Shown here one piece after another: positions 1-13,870 of a DNA stretch of 64,000 nucleotides (positions within the stretch are counted from its first letter, which is position 1; every line of letters begins with the position of its first letter). The notes below the pieces were generated by a model. That model was not told where the DNA came from and searched no databases. It saw only the letters and a list, made by a program, of their open reading frames with translations. The translations under genes and the position numbers were made by a program. Source of the stretch: Pecten maximus (lineage: Eukaryota); the NCBI RefSeq assembly GCF_902652985.1, contig NC_047020.1, forward strand, positions 25,792,001-25,856,000, read 5' to 3'.

Positions 1-1468
1 GGTAACACTAGAGTTTGGGACAAATACCAAACGTGCTGGAATGACGAGTTCAACAATACTAGGAAACGTGATGCATATGAATAAGAGCGGCAAGCCACCT
101 GGGAGGGGGTGACAGGGGAGGGGTCAGGGAATGTGCAAAATTGAGAGGGAACAGTTTGTGCAAAAAGGGATACAGAGAATACTAGACATAACATAAACAT
201 GTTGGAGTGGGAGATGGGATGGATCAGGAGGAAACTCTGTGAATAATTATTGATATAACAAATACATGTAGATGCGCATATACGAAATGACATTTTTGGA
301 GACAGAAAAGAGGAGAAAAAATCTAACAATTATACATACGGGATGTCTTAATATCAGGTACATTGTAATAGGTAGGAAAAGCACTTCATTTATACACTTA
401 TGAACCGTGACATAATAGACACTATACATGTGTACACTTATATACACCGACATAAAAATAACATTATTTTGTACACTTACATGTATGTACCATGTCACAA
501 GCCAATAAGATAGTTTGTTCATATTACCACGATTTCTATCGACTGCTGACGAAAAACTAATACACGGTTTTGAAAGATGCAGGTTGATAAGGCCATAGGA
601 ACATTTTATGGTTGATATCAAAGTCTCATTTGGAAAGGTACTAGATCCTCCTGCAATATGAAGTCGGTATCCCATAGGCGGAGGGAATCCTGTTTTGGTT
701 ACAGGATTTTAAAATTTTCTATAAAAATAAACTGGATGAAATATATTAAATAAAATCGACTAATTATACTCGATTCAGAGTTGTCCCTACTTAACTGATA
801 TCTCACTATATTATATATTATATGAATGATATTAACATGTATATATACTCATTGTTACTAAATGGAGAGAACTTACATAGGCTATGCCTGTTGTTCAATC
901 CTTTTTCTTTCAGAACTATTTTCTTTGAGAAATAAAATTTGTTGAAATGAAATATGAAGTCGGATGTTTTTGATGTTTGTTGAAGTGCTTAATGGTTCCG
1001 TTGTCAAAACTCTGGTATTATTTTCTAATTACCTTTTCAATGGTCTCCATTCTCATTAATTTTTTTGTTGTTGTTTAAATTTTGCCCCGGGTTTATCGAT
1101 TTTGAGTGAGAGTGTCGGTTTCGTTATAATGTCTGTATCATTCGTTGTATTTATTTGATCCTTGGTAGTACTTATTGACAGTTTCCCTTTTGATTGTGTT
1201 AGATTTCAAACTTCCTTTTCAAATGTCATCCATCCATCCATCTGTTTTTCGAATTTATAAGTTCTTTTTTTAAAAGCATTTGCTAAAATGGATCTAAGTG
1301 TAACCATTGATTATTCCAGAGCAACACAAACTTCGAACGCACACTCTTGAAGAGGCCAAATAGATATGTAGCATTTTCATAACATTTTATTTACTTAGTA
1401 ATATACATTTCCTTGGATTGAAAATGTGTGTAGGAAGTTTGATATTGTGGAAGCTTAGTAATGTATGC

Positions 1469-1645
1469 ATAGGGGATATTGAAGGGTTTCCCTCCTTTGA
1501 ATAATAACATACAATGTACATTTCACGAATATGACAGAATATCGATATTTTCACAAGTGCGAAGCACGAGCGAAAAGTATCGAAATTTTCTGTCATACGA
1601 ATGAACTAAATGTTTTATTCATGCGGGAAACTATCAATTTTCTTG
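1469..1645. mobile_element. Non-autonomous palindromic element, family with ATATCCTCTAT end (inverted copy of 23462-23599)
   Basis: Imperfect hairpin centred on CACAAGTGCGAAGCACGAG; reverse complement matches 23462-23599. Confidence 0.6.
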
Positions 1646-2885
1646 AACATGCTGAAAACAATGTGAGAAATGTCAATCGTTTTGACAAACATCCTTCATT
1701 TTAACGTTAATACGATTAGGAATGGTCACAGATAAAAGCCGTAATGAGGAAGTAAATCTTCTACGTTATATGATTAGGTTTTGTGTATCATAACCAGTGC
1801 AGGATTTGAGCGTGCCGTCTCCGTGCCTAAACTGTCACCGTCATCAAACCGCGTACTCGACATGAAGGACCTAGTCTTAGAACATTGATGTAATAAAGTA
1901 GAACAAATATATACATTTTTCTTGCCAAGGTTATCGCTCCTGTCAAGATACTCATTTTTCATTTTGATGATGCGCATTCTGAATTCATTCATACAAATAT
2001 TAGTAAAGCGTGATTTGAATTAACATGCTCCGAAATACAACTGTAAATGTTGTTCTCATTCTCTGAATTGCTGACGAAGACTATGTGACACATTCGAAAT
2101 AGCCCAAATAGGTAAAATGTTCTCTGAGTTATGGAAAATTCTTATGATGTATGATAAATATGATACCTTTTAGGTAATATAATCTTAATGACTGATTTTA
2201 AAAAGACAGACCTATTAAATAGTTTGAAATCAAATTAAGGATATAACTGTAGATGCTTTAGCTTATATACCAGTCCAGCTTGTCATCCCGATAAACCTTA
2301 CTTGGTGTGTAGGTCGATTTACACACGCTGGTGTAGTATTACGCTGAAACAACTTATAACGACGATGGTTATGGCATTCATATGCTTATACACTTCCATC
2401 TGTGTGTGACACGAGTCATTTCATGATTGTAATTATACATTGAGATACACAGACGAAGTATCATGACAATTGACATATATATGTTCAGAGTATCTGTAAG
2501 AGTTGGTTACGTTTTTGAGTTGGTTTTACAAGAATTATTGACATTTTCACAGTTTTGTAAATAATTCAAGTACATGTATATTGACCATTATAAGTTGATT
2601 ATCAACCCAATAATAGAATGCATTCATTCATTCACAATCGATTGGTTCCTTTACTGATTTAGATGCTTGACCGGTCGGTGACCTTGCGATTTGCGGTTAC
2701 AAGCTTGTCCATATATGACCAAGGTTCAATGAATGACAAGCATGTAACACGAGCAATTTATGTCAATTCCAATATTCTTATCATTACCCTGCCTAAATGT
2801 ACCATTCTCACATTGTTAATATTTCCCAGCTTCTAGGTACGTTTTTCTGTTCATAGATACATGTATGAAAGCAGTTTATATGAGT

Positions 2886-3040
2886 TACACAGACAAAATT
2901 CCTTCACGTGAATTTCACGTGAAGTTCACATGTGAATTTCACGTGAATCTTTTTCATGTGAATTTCACTTTTTTGCCCTTTTCACGTGAAATTCACATGG
3001 ATTTCATGGGAAAATCACGTGACAGAATATTGCCTGTGTA
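2886..3040. mobile_element. MITE-like element with an internal CACGTG array
   Basis: TIRs TACACAGACAAAATT / AATATTGCCTGTGTA; interior of repeated TTCACGTGAA. Confidence 0.6.
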
Positions 3041-3082
3041 CCACACAGAATGTTAATCGACATTGTTAATTTTAATATACAG

Positions 3083-6000
3083 AACGTGATGGGACCTTGT
3101 GCAACTGTCAGCTGCCCTGCTAATTCGGAATGTGTGGAATTGCCAAATTTGTCGCCTGTTTGTGTCATCAGCGGTAATACCTTCATACTTTACATACATG
3201 TGCCAAAACAATTCATATTCGGTCGAACACTTTCGTTTGTCAAAATGTAACATTCCAGTGTAGTTTTGCTTCCTCGTATAACCTTATCAAAGTAATTTGT
3301 GATAATATTGAATATACTTCTATGTGTATACGTTCAGATAGAAATGTCTATTGGATTTGAAAAACAAATGATATACACGCAAGCTTGCTTCATTAATGTG
3401 ACAAAAATCATCCATGATTGGCAACCGTTAAAAAACATCAAAATTCTGACGACATGATAAAGCTTAGGTAAACCGTTGAACAGTGGAACATGACATTCAT
3501 AGGCCAATAATTTTAACTGAATATTTGGTATCATATAATTGTTTTGCTGTACAAGTGAAATATAAAACATTGAATTTATATACTAGAATGTTAAGACACT
3601 GATTATTTTCGACCAGCCACACATATATCAATCACAAGTAACCATTTTCCATGAGTGTTACGTTTCTTTTGAGACCAACGTGTTCGGTCCAACGGTTTGG
3701 TAACATGTTTTACATACATTTTGATATAGCTATGACTCATAACTATCACATCAATGTGGATGTTAATATAAATCCTTTCTTTGGATGCATAATATTAACA
3801 TTTTCAAAACATTATATCATACATACGTTCAATTAATTGTAGCTAATACAAAGTACTAATTTTGTTGGTGTAAGCATGCATTTGATTAATTGTAGCCTAT
3901 ACATATATACCATATATAAATTAATATCTTAAAACAATTAAAGGAAAGTATATACTTAGTGTGAAAAAGAAATATGTATCTATAGTATGTGGTCAGAAAT
4001 AGAAATTAATTTACTTTGAACAGGCTGTTCAACACTTCCTGACGCTATCGTGGACGCCACGTTTACGGCGGTCAAAGCAGTTTACAGCTTGCATGATACT
4101 ATTACGTTCGAGTGTAGTTCAGGGCTGTCTCTGTCAGGAAACCCGAATGCCACGTGTATGCCGGCAGGTACATGGTCACAGCCTGTTTTCTCTTGTGATG
4201 GTAAGTGACAGAAAGTGTACATGCATCATAAGGTCAATGCATAGCATATTTATATAATTTGTGAGACGTCAGCCTACTGTTTAAGGGTTTTCAATGACAT
4301 TATCCCCGCGAAAAAACCTGTACAGTCTGCATCTTAATATAAAAAGAGTTTTTGATTTCATACATAATATGTTCGTTACTTTCATCACTTAGGAAATTAC
4401 TACCTCAGTTAGCGAATCATTTGGTACCCTGTATTTTTTCTCTAAATGGAGATAATTATTATCATGAAAGATTTGATGTTGTTAATAACTAAGCTGGTAA
4501 GTTCACTGTACTTTAACCTATCTCCTCTTCCCTGCACACCCTCTCCTAGTAGATAATATTAAGNNNNNNNNNNNNNNNNNNNNNNNNNNNNNNNNNNNNN
4601 NNNNNNNNNNNNNNNNNNNNNNNNNNNNNNNNNNNNNNNNNNNNNNNNNNNNNNNNNNNNNNNNNNNNNNNNNNNNNNNNNNNNNNNNNNNNNNNNNNNT
4701 TGAAGGAAGTGGACTAGTATAAGCTTTCAATCTTGTTTCCATATCCTGCTTCTGTTTGTTGGTACAAAAATGTTGTCATATGCTCTATCAAAGGAAACGA
4801 AATACAGTTCACATTAAAAATAATAAGAAATATGGAGTATTTTTCAATTTCAACTAGCAATATGTTCTTTTTCTTCAAAGCTATTGGAAAGCCGCAAAAA
4901 ACTGCATGTGGTATATGTGTTTAAGTAACGGACACGCTCTATCATATACATTATTACGATTTACGAGTATATCAACTTCTTTATACACGAGACGTGTCAT
5001 TTAGAGACTACTACGTTCGAAGTTTGTAATGCGATCAACTATTTCTAGATATTTGGTCAGTAATAAGTATTAAATTATCTTAATCCACTGTTAAAAGTAA
5101 AATGGCATTACATTTATTTTCATTAAATCAATATTAATGCAGGATGTCCATCGAAAATTCCAGGCATCAATAATAGGATGGCAACACGATACCTTATTCT
5201 TCTGTCAAAAGTTAAATAGCATTATATTTCATCTCATCAATATTTATACAGGATGTCCATCGGAAACTCCAAGCCTAGACAATGGCGTGGTAACGGCGGG
5301 AGGCAATTCCATCGGAACAGTACGTACCTACACATGTAACAGCGGATACACTTCAAGCGGAGGTGACATCAAAACCACATGTGGTACTGATATCACTTGG
5401 ACCGCTTTGGTTGCCACGTGCACACCAGGTGACGTACTTTTATCTTAAAAATGAATCAAATGTTCACGCCAATATTAAAATAACAGATTAATAAGTTTAA
5501 ACTCACCCAAACCGGCTATTATGTTATCAAAGTGTTAAATTACTTAACCTATTGTGGCAGTGAGGCCGGAAAAAACACCGCATGCTTACATATCTTGCTA
5601 AAGCAAAAATAGCTTATGGTCAGTCACAATATAACAGCACACGAATAACATTTAAAGAGCATCCACCAACGAATTCTTTCACATCTACTATAAAACATGT
5701 ACATGTATGAAAGCACTAATTCCCAATGTAGAGCGATACCTTTTTGTGTTACTAGTTGATTGCGGACCCCCACCATCCTTATCCGGAGGAATTATTGACA
5801 CCAACTCAACCACCACTACCTACCCGGTATCCCGGACCTACACATGTGACGAAGGGTATACTACAAACAGCGGCAGTGGTACTATTTCCTGTCAGACTTC
5901 CGGAACCTGGTCATCCCCAGCCCTCACCTGTACACTCGTAGGTCAGTCGTGTTATAATACAGGTATTATACATGCCATCAACGTTCGTTTGCTCAATAGT

Positions 6001-8815
6001 GTGACACTTCATGGGGATTAAACAGTGTAAAATGCATCTCGCCTATTTATTTTAAAACCTGATCAAGTCTGAAAAGATCAACATGACCAAAACGTCTCTT
6101 TGAATTACCGGTTACCGTCATTTTTTCTGAATCTGAAAAGTGTGCGGGTGAAACACGAGTGTTCTTGAAATAACAACGATTTCTTAAAAAGTAGCTATTG
6201 AATTAATGCCAATGCAAATTGTGACCACATCTTGGTATTCTTCTGTGATGTGTAGAATCTTCAAATATCAACGTTTTTTCATTAAATTAAGCCTCGATAT
6301 ATACAAATTGTCATGAACCATTTCTTTCTGTAATAATGCCTGATTGAAAAATATCTACCATTTAATTAACTGCTTATTTTATCAATGTATTTATTGATAT
6401 ATATTGTAGACTGTGGTGAACCTACTGTTTCTGAACCTAACAGCGTGGTCAACTCCGGCTGTACGACTTACCTTTGTCCAAGGGCGTTCTCCTGTGTCAG
6501 TGGATATAACATCGGTGGCAGCGTTTTTATGATCGTGTGTGAGGCTACAGGATCGTGGCAAGGTAGTTCGTACTCCTGTACACCAGGTGAGCACCAATTA
6601 CACAATTCAGTAGTGTTAACCCCTAGTAACACAATACGTAATTAATATGTCGTACTGTTTACTCATAGTAACACAATTATTAATATGTAGTACAGCCAAC
6701 CCCTAGTAACACAATTATTATGTATGTAGTACAGCCAACCCCTAGTAACACAATTCTTAATATGTAGTACAGCCAACCCCTGGTAACACAATACATATTT
6801 GATATGTAGAACTGCTAGCCCCTTGAAACACAATACATAATCAATATGTAGTACAGCCAACCCCTAATAACACAAATCATAACGCCCTACAATGCTAAAA
6901 CTCCTCTACTTACAAAATTCAGCATCATTAACAATACAAGCAAAATGACAAACACCGAAAACCCTTTGTCATAAAACAATGAGTATCACATCGTTATTAC
7001 TATCAATGGTATATTGGGGTTAATATTATATCTACGACTCGAATCACAAAGCAACAATTTTGTGCGAACGTTTATTGTAGTTTCTTAAAATCAAAGTATA
7101 TCAATAAGTGATGAATGCATGTTTCAAGCATTGTGATGCCTTTTCACTACATACAAGAACACTTATTATTTTTACTAATCAGAAATATAATAAACGTTGA
7201 TGTTACCTGAGGAATATTCGCTGTGAAACCTGAAAAAAATATCAATGTAATAAAACATAAGCTCTGGAAACAAAACAAAATATATTTGGAAATTAAAATC
7301 TAATTTAATTCCTGTCTTTTAAAACAGTAAACATCTTCGAAAAATGATCAGCGTACATTCAAACTGTAAACATATCTTGGAAATAAATAATTTGAAGATG
7401 ATATTTCACAAATTCGTTCCTATTTTATACAAACATTATATTTTCTCCCATCCTCAATGAAGAGTTTGTTTGTGTTGTTACCAGTTGATTGTGGACCCCC
7501 ACCATCCTTATCTGGAGGAAGTATTGATACCGACTCAACCACCACTACCTACCCGGTATCCCGGACATACACATGTGACACAGGGTATACTACAAACAGC
7601 GGCAGTGGTACTATTTCCTGTCAGACTTCCGGAACCTGGTCATCCCCAGCCCTCACCTGTACACTCGTAGGTCAGTAGTGTTATAATACAGGTATTATAC
7701 ATGCCATCAACGCTCATTTTCTCAATAGTGTGACATGGAGATGAAACAGTGTAACATAATTAATCGCCTTTTTTTTTTAAACCTGATCAAGTCTGAAAAG
7801 ACGTCTTTTTTAAATTATCGGTTAACGTCATTTTTTTCTGAATCTGAAAGATATGCGGATGAAACACGAATGTTAATGAAATTACAACAATTTGTTTTAA
7901 TGTAGTCTTTAATTCATTGCCAATGCGAATTGCAGCCACATCTTGGTATTCACATATTCCTCGATGATGTGTATCATCTTCAAATACCAACGGTTTTTCA
8001 TTAATTCAAGCCTCGATATATAAAAATTGTCATGAACCATTTCTTTCTTTAATAATTCCTGATTGAAAAATATCTACCATTTAATTAATTGCTTAATTGC
8101 TTAATGTATTTATTAATATATTACAGACTGTGGTGAACCTACTGTTTCTGAACCTAACGGCGTGGTTAACTCCGGCTGTACGACGTACCAATGTTCAAGG
8201 ATGTTCTCCTGTGCCAGCGGTTATAACATCGGTGGCAGTGTTTTTAGTGTCACGTGTCAGGCTACAGGATCGTGGACAGGTAGTTCGTACTCCTGCACAC
8301 CAGGTGAGCACCAAGTACTCTGACGAGTTGCTTACGTCATGTTAAGAGTTGAAGGTTCTGCTATTATTGTGATGTACCTAGGAAATTGCACTGCCATCAT
8401 GAATGCAGTACCGCATTGGCGATCTGAAAAGAGGCATTCCTATTTCATAAATTATTTTTAAAGATTTTTTTGTCATTATAAAATTTGCGTGTATGTGTAT
8501 TGAAATATATCAGTAATTGTATTAAATCCTGTAGACATATTATCGATATTGTAGTGACAAAGTGTCAATAATATCTTTGACAGCTGCCGTGACATGCCCG
8601 TCACACCCAATAAAGGCCTACACGGTGATATCCGGGACAGGGACATCAGAAGGGACAACGATTACATACACGTGCGATGTCGGGGCTATCTTAGTATCAG
8701 GGAACAGTCCTGCCACATCGACGTGTAATTCTCCAGGATCGTGGTCAACCCCGAACATCAATTGCGCAAGTCAGTAATTCTAGCTATCACTTGCAAGTGG
8801 GAAGATATAAGTATT

Positions 8816-8891
<76 letters not shown>

Positions 8892-10552
8892 TTTCAGTTC
8901 CCGTGTCATAATAGGGATGAAACTTACCAATACAAATACTGTTCAAGGCCAGACATTGTTTGCACAGGTGATCTTTGAAAATATCGCCGAATCAATTATA
9001 CTTATATGCAAACTGATATAATAACTTGAAGTCATTATGTAGGAACTTGGAAGGACTATGCTTCAGAAAATAAAAATAAATTTACAAAATAGTTCTGTGA
9101 CATTTCATCAAGTCTTTTCGGGCCATCATCACTTGAATTTATTAGAAACATCTTCCCCATAATTGTATCTCAGTTATTCCAAATCGTTCATATCGTCACA
9201 ATCAGGCATGTCTTCGTGGCTTTATCACAGGGGTAGTATTTATTTTTATATTGTTTTTTTTCTAGACGCACCTTCCGTAATTTGTTCACTTGGAATAAGT
9301 CTTACAGAATATATTTCTTCACCAAAAAATATATAGAATGGCAAATTATTTCTTAACTTAAACAAACTGAAACAAAACATCCTTTCATATCAAGATAGTA
9401 ACCCGGAGATACAAATGCTCCTCAGCAACATAACCGTTTATTTTATGAGCGGTCTGAGCAATTTTCATTGAATCTTGAGATTTTTTTTTTTTATTTCAAT
9501 GCTATTTCAGAATGCAACTCATATGCCAACACATACACAAAGCGGACAGACTGGTTCTTCAATCCACCCGTCTCTTTTACACCTTCTGTTGGCGGCGGAA
9601 GTGTCACTGCGTCCTACTGCGCAAACGCGTGTAACACCCGGTCGGACTTTGTATGTGTGGCGTACTACTATAGAAAGAGTACTGGTGGGTACTGTATTCT
9701 ACGACCCATGCGAGTACACGATAACACCAACCACCAACAGTACGACAACACCGACTCGACTTACGACGAGTACATTCGGGATTGTGGTAAGGAATCGAGA
9801 TCACATTTGAATTGAAATTTATGTTTGAAGTAGATGTCATTTACCAACTGGTCTTGTCAATATAATTTTGTTTTTCTAAGTAATGATAGGTTATAATAGT
9901 GCCCTGCCTGCAGTAAACTGCGAGTATGTCAGACCCAAGAAATAAATCATTACTTAATCTAATGTTGGTGTTTGATTACAGATATACCCTGCCCTGACCC
10001 TCCATATGTAGCCTACACATCCGTGTCTGGAACAGGATCAACTAGATCATATACGTGTGATGCCGGTGCTAACCATGTATCGGGGGACAATCCAGCCACA
10101 TCGACCTGCTCGAGTGGTTCCTGGTCAAGTGTTAACATCCAATGCACAAGTACGTATAAGTTTATAGTTCACAAACTACATAGTTCCCCTTACCTTTGAA
10201 AATTCAACATAGGACGTATCTTGTGACAATTACTTCTCGATGTGAAATGTCTTGTTTAACTCCTTTTTCAGAATGTAGTTCGTATGGAAGCACATACACA
10301 CAGCGGACGGATTGGTTCTTCAATCCCCCCGTCTCGTTTACACCTTCTATTGGCGGCGGAAGTGTCACTGCGTCCTACTGCGCAAACGCGTGTAACACTC
10401 GGTCGGACTTTGTGTGTGTGGCGTACTACTATAGAAAGAGTACTGGTGGGTACTGTATTCTACGACCCATGCGAGTACACGATAACACCAACCACCAACA
10501 GTACGACAACACCGACTCGACTTACGACGAGTACATTCGAGATTGTGGATAA
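3083..10552 (+). CDS. Sushi/CCP-repeat plus PAN/apple mosaic protein (FOLN-like module, 7 CCP, PAN, CCP, PAN); multi-exon, 5' end missing
   Basis: Exons 3083-3173 (CATVSCPANSECVELPNLSPVC), 4024-4200, 5252-5428, 5756-5941, 6410-6586, 7485-7670, 8127-8303, 8584-8769, 9511-9786 (PAN), 9982-10149, 10272-10552 (PAN, stop TAA). All boundaries are AG/GT and all ten introns between these exons are phase 1. CCP exons show C..P...Y/FxC..G......C...G.W.....C; PAN exons show YCANACNTRSDFVCVAYYY...YCIL. No TM segment. Signal-peptide exon not identified. Confidence 0.88.
4564..4699. other. Assembly gap (N run)
   Basis: 136 N characters. Confidence 1.
5742..8310 (+). repeat. Direct duplication of a two-exon CCP cassette (about 5742-6593 and 7471-8310)
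   Basis: Both exons and the intervening intron are highly similar between the copies. Confidence 0.9.
6610..6880. repeat. 38-39 bp intronic minisatellite
   Basis: Unit AACCCCTAGTAACACAATTATTAATATGTAGTACAGCC, about 7 copies. Confidence 0.85.
8819..8889. repeat. (GA)n microsatellite
   Basis: Pure GA run. Confidence 0.98.
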
Positions 10553-12779
10553 AATATTGGTCTAGCCCAAGAAGAACCCTGTTCTTATACCGGATTTAAA
10601 ACGAGAAGTCTTTCATATTGCATTTTATTTTCTTTCATTAAATATTCAAACTTAATCGAGATAATAAGTTCAACAGCTGTGCTGTACCTTGTTTTTTTTT
10701 TAAAAATTTAGTTCAGATTTCTGTCTAGATTACAGAATTATGATAAGGTTAGGTTATTATTCAAAATCATCTTGGAATCATAATTATATCAAAGCTGTAC
10801 AAGGCATATCACAATTACGGTGAATATTTTGGCATTTTATTCTTCCGAGTGAAGTATTCATCTTAAGGTTCAACACACCTGGTAATTGTTAAGTCCTTTT
10901 TATACAATAATTACATGCACAAATTGCATATCTGTAGAAACTGTAATTTCAAATAAAGGTACTTAATTCTGTAAATAGTATTGTTGTAAATTTATATACA
11001 TCTTAAAATAGCGTTTTTAACATGTGCCTTATTCTCCATTGGATGTGTTTATTTGTACTCTAGTCAACCATATTTTGTTATCATTATATTTATAATGTTG
11101 TTAATTTTCTATTTATATAGGTGTTCATCAAAAATATTATGTTAACACTGTTAATGTGATGTTAGTATTGTTCCGTGACATTCTATACCGTTATTTAATA
11201 TTTCGATTTGATATAAGTGCCTATATTGGTATTTTGTTTTATTCGACTGTGAAACGACTCGACGTGTTATCGAAGTAAACTCAGACCAGCAAGGGTTATT
11301 ATATAGTGTAGACATGTTTTTGATGACAGGGTAATCTTTAGCTGTGAACATCTTCAACTCGGCAGACTTAAACGTTTCCAACATAAGCAATGCCATGATA
11401 TTGACGACGATATGATGAAAACATTGTTGGGTCCGTCTTTTTATTGATACGTTAATATTGATTTTTAAAGATATGCTATATTTGATCATCGAAAACGTGA
11501 CATTTAGATGCTGGTTGATGTAATTGATTCATAAAATCTGCTTAAGCTTTTAGAGAAAGATAAACTTTCGTAATTTTGTTCAATAACACAGTGACAATAT
11601 GTGACGATTTTTTTGTTAGCTAGCGATGCATACATGAACAGGTTGGCTGCCTTTGAAGAGGCCACCTAATCATTTGATGTCCTGGTGATAGATCCGTTTT
11701 TACAGCGTTGTCAATCGTACATGGGTATTATTCGTATAAACACGTTTGCTAAGTTACCTTAATTAGTTTATCCACGGGTGATACAAAGCAATATAACAAT
11801 ATCTTAATCTATAACAATATAACAATACCTTAGGTATCGCATCAGAGGGCAATGGTCAAGCATTTGCGACATTTTAAAGAGATAATCATCGGAAATAATT
11901 GTATTTTAAATTATTGAGTGACACTTTTCATTTTGTCACCAATCGGAACTATATACAAACACTAATTAGTCCACTACGGATAAATGAACTTTCATGTCAA
12001 AAGTGAAGGCTATATTGAGTTTCTGTTATGGATGATTTTTTATGTTACATGTACAATTCATTTTAGAATCTATAGTGTAATTCGCTCAGTATATATTTTT
12101 ATTTTTCCCTCGCAAATGTTTTGAAATCGTCAAACACTGCATACCTCTTTATTAAAGGCTTTTGAATAATAATATTGGCATTTCAGCGTATGTAAATGAT
12201 GAGTTAACAATTATGTTGCTTCAGTCTTGGAGGATTGCTGTAGCCCGTATATCATGTTTCAAATCCTTTGAATAGTAATATGATTCAGAATTAACACACG
12301 TGCGTTCCTAAGGAATCCTTTCATTTATTTATTTATTTATTTTGAAACCGGTGACTGGCTCCTGGCTTTGTATTATGAAAGTCCACGCCTTCGTCCATAC
12401 ATGCCACAGAAATTATATTGATGATCTATTTCCCTTAACAATTCTTCATTCATTCTATAAAAGATATAAGAAGCATAGTTCGTTAAATATAATACCTCCA
12501 CACCGCCGAAAAATGAAAGCTTTAAATTTTATGCAAGATTAATGTTTTTGGAAATTGAAGTGAGCTACCCTCAATAAGAAGTTGGATGAGACACCCCTGT
12601 TGTCAAACACTATGAGATGAAGAATATACCATTTGTTATTTGTAACATAAAGTAAACGCATGAATATAACTTTGTAATTATCTCAGTTCCAGAAGGTAGT
12701 AATTATGTAAGCATCCCAAACATCTATACTCGGAGTGAGTAGTTCAAGCTAAGATATCGATCTACATAATTCAAAGATA

Positions 12780-13870
12780 TCTCGTTGATGAGTAGATTAA
12801 TTTTCTTAAAAAATCACATGTTGATGGGGGATTTATATACTTTAAAGATAACTCGTTGGTGGGAAGATTTATAATCTTTAAAAATCACTTGTTGATGGGT
12901 AGATTTATGTTCTATAAAGATAAATTGTTGAAGGGTAGATTTGTATTTCATCAAGATAACTCGTTGATGGGTAGATTTATATTTCATGAAAATCGCTTGT
13001 TGGTGGGCAGATTAATATTCTATAAAGATCACTTGTTGGTCGGTAGATTTATATTCTATAAAGATAACTTGTTGAATGGTAGATTTATATTCTATAAAGA
13101 TAACTTGTTGAAGGGTAGATTTATATTCTATAAAAAATCACCTGTTGATGGGCAGATTTATATTCTATAAAGATCAACTGTTGATTGGTAGATTTATATT
13201 CTATAAAGATAACTTGTTGAAGGGCAGATTAATATTCTATAAAGATAACTTGTTGAAGGGTAGATTTATATTCTATAAAGATAACTTGTTGATTGGTAGA
13301 TTTATATTCTATAAAGATAACTTGTTGATTGGTAGATTTATATTCTATAAGGATAACTTGTTGATGGGCAGATTAATATTCTATAAAGATGACCTGTTGA
13401 TTGGTAGATTAATATTCTATAAATATCACCTGTTGATTGGTAGATTTATATTCTATAAAGATCACTTGTTGAAGGGTAGATTTATATTCTATAAAGATCA
13501 CTTGTTGGTGGACAGATTAATATTCTATAAAGATGACTCGTTGATGGTTAGATTTATATTCTATAAAGATAACTTGTTGATTGGTAGATTTATATTCTAT
13601 AAGGATAACTTGTTGAAGGGTAGATTTATATTCTATAAGGATAACTTGTTGATGGGTAGATTAATATTCTATAAAGATGACTCGTTGGTGGGCAGATTAA
13701 TGTTCTATAAAGATAACTTGTTGATTGGTAGATTTATATTCTATAAAGATAACTTGTTGAAGGGTAGATTTATATTCTATAAAGATCACCTGTTGATTGG
13801 TAGATTTATATTCTATAAAGATCACCTGTTGATTGGTAGATTTATGTTCTATAAAGATAAATTGTTTATG
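12780..13870. repeat. 36-bp minisatellite, about 30 copies
   Basis: Unit GATTTATATTCTATAAAGATAACTTGTTGATTGGTA; degenerate at the left edge. Confidence 0.95.
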
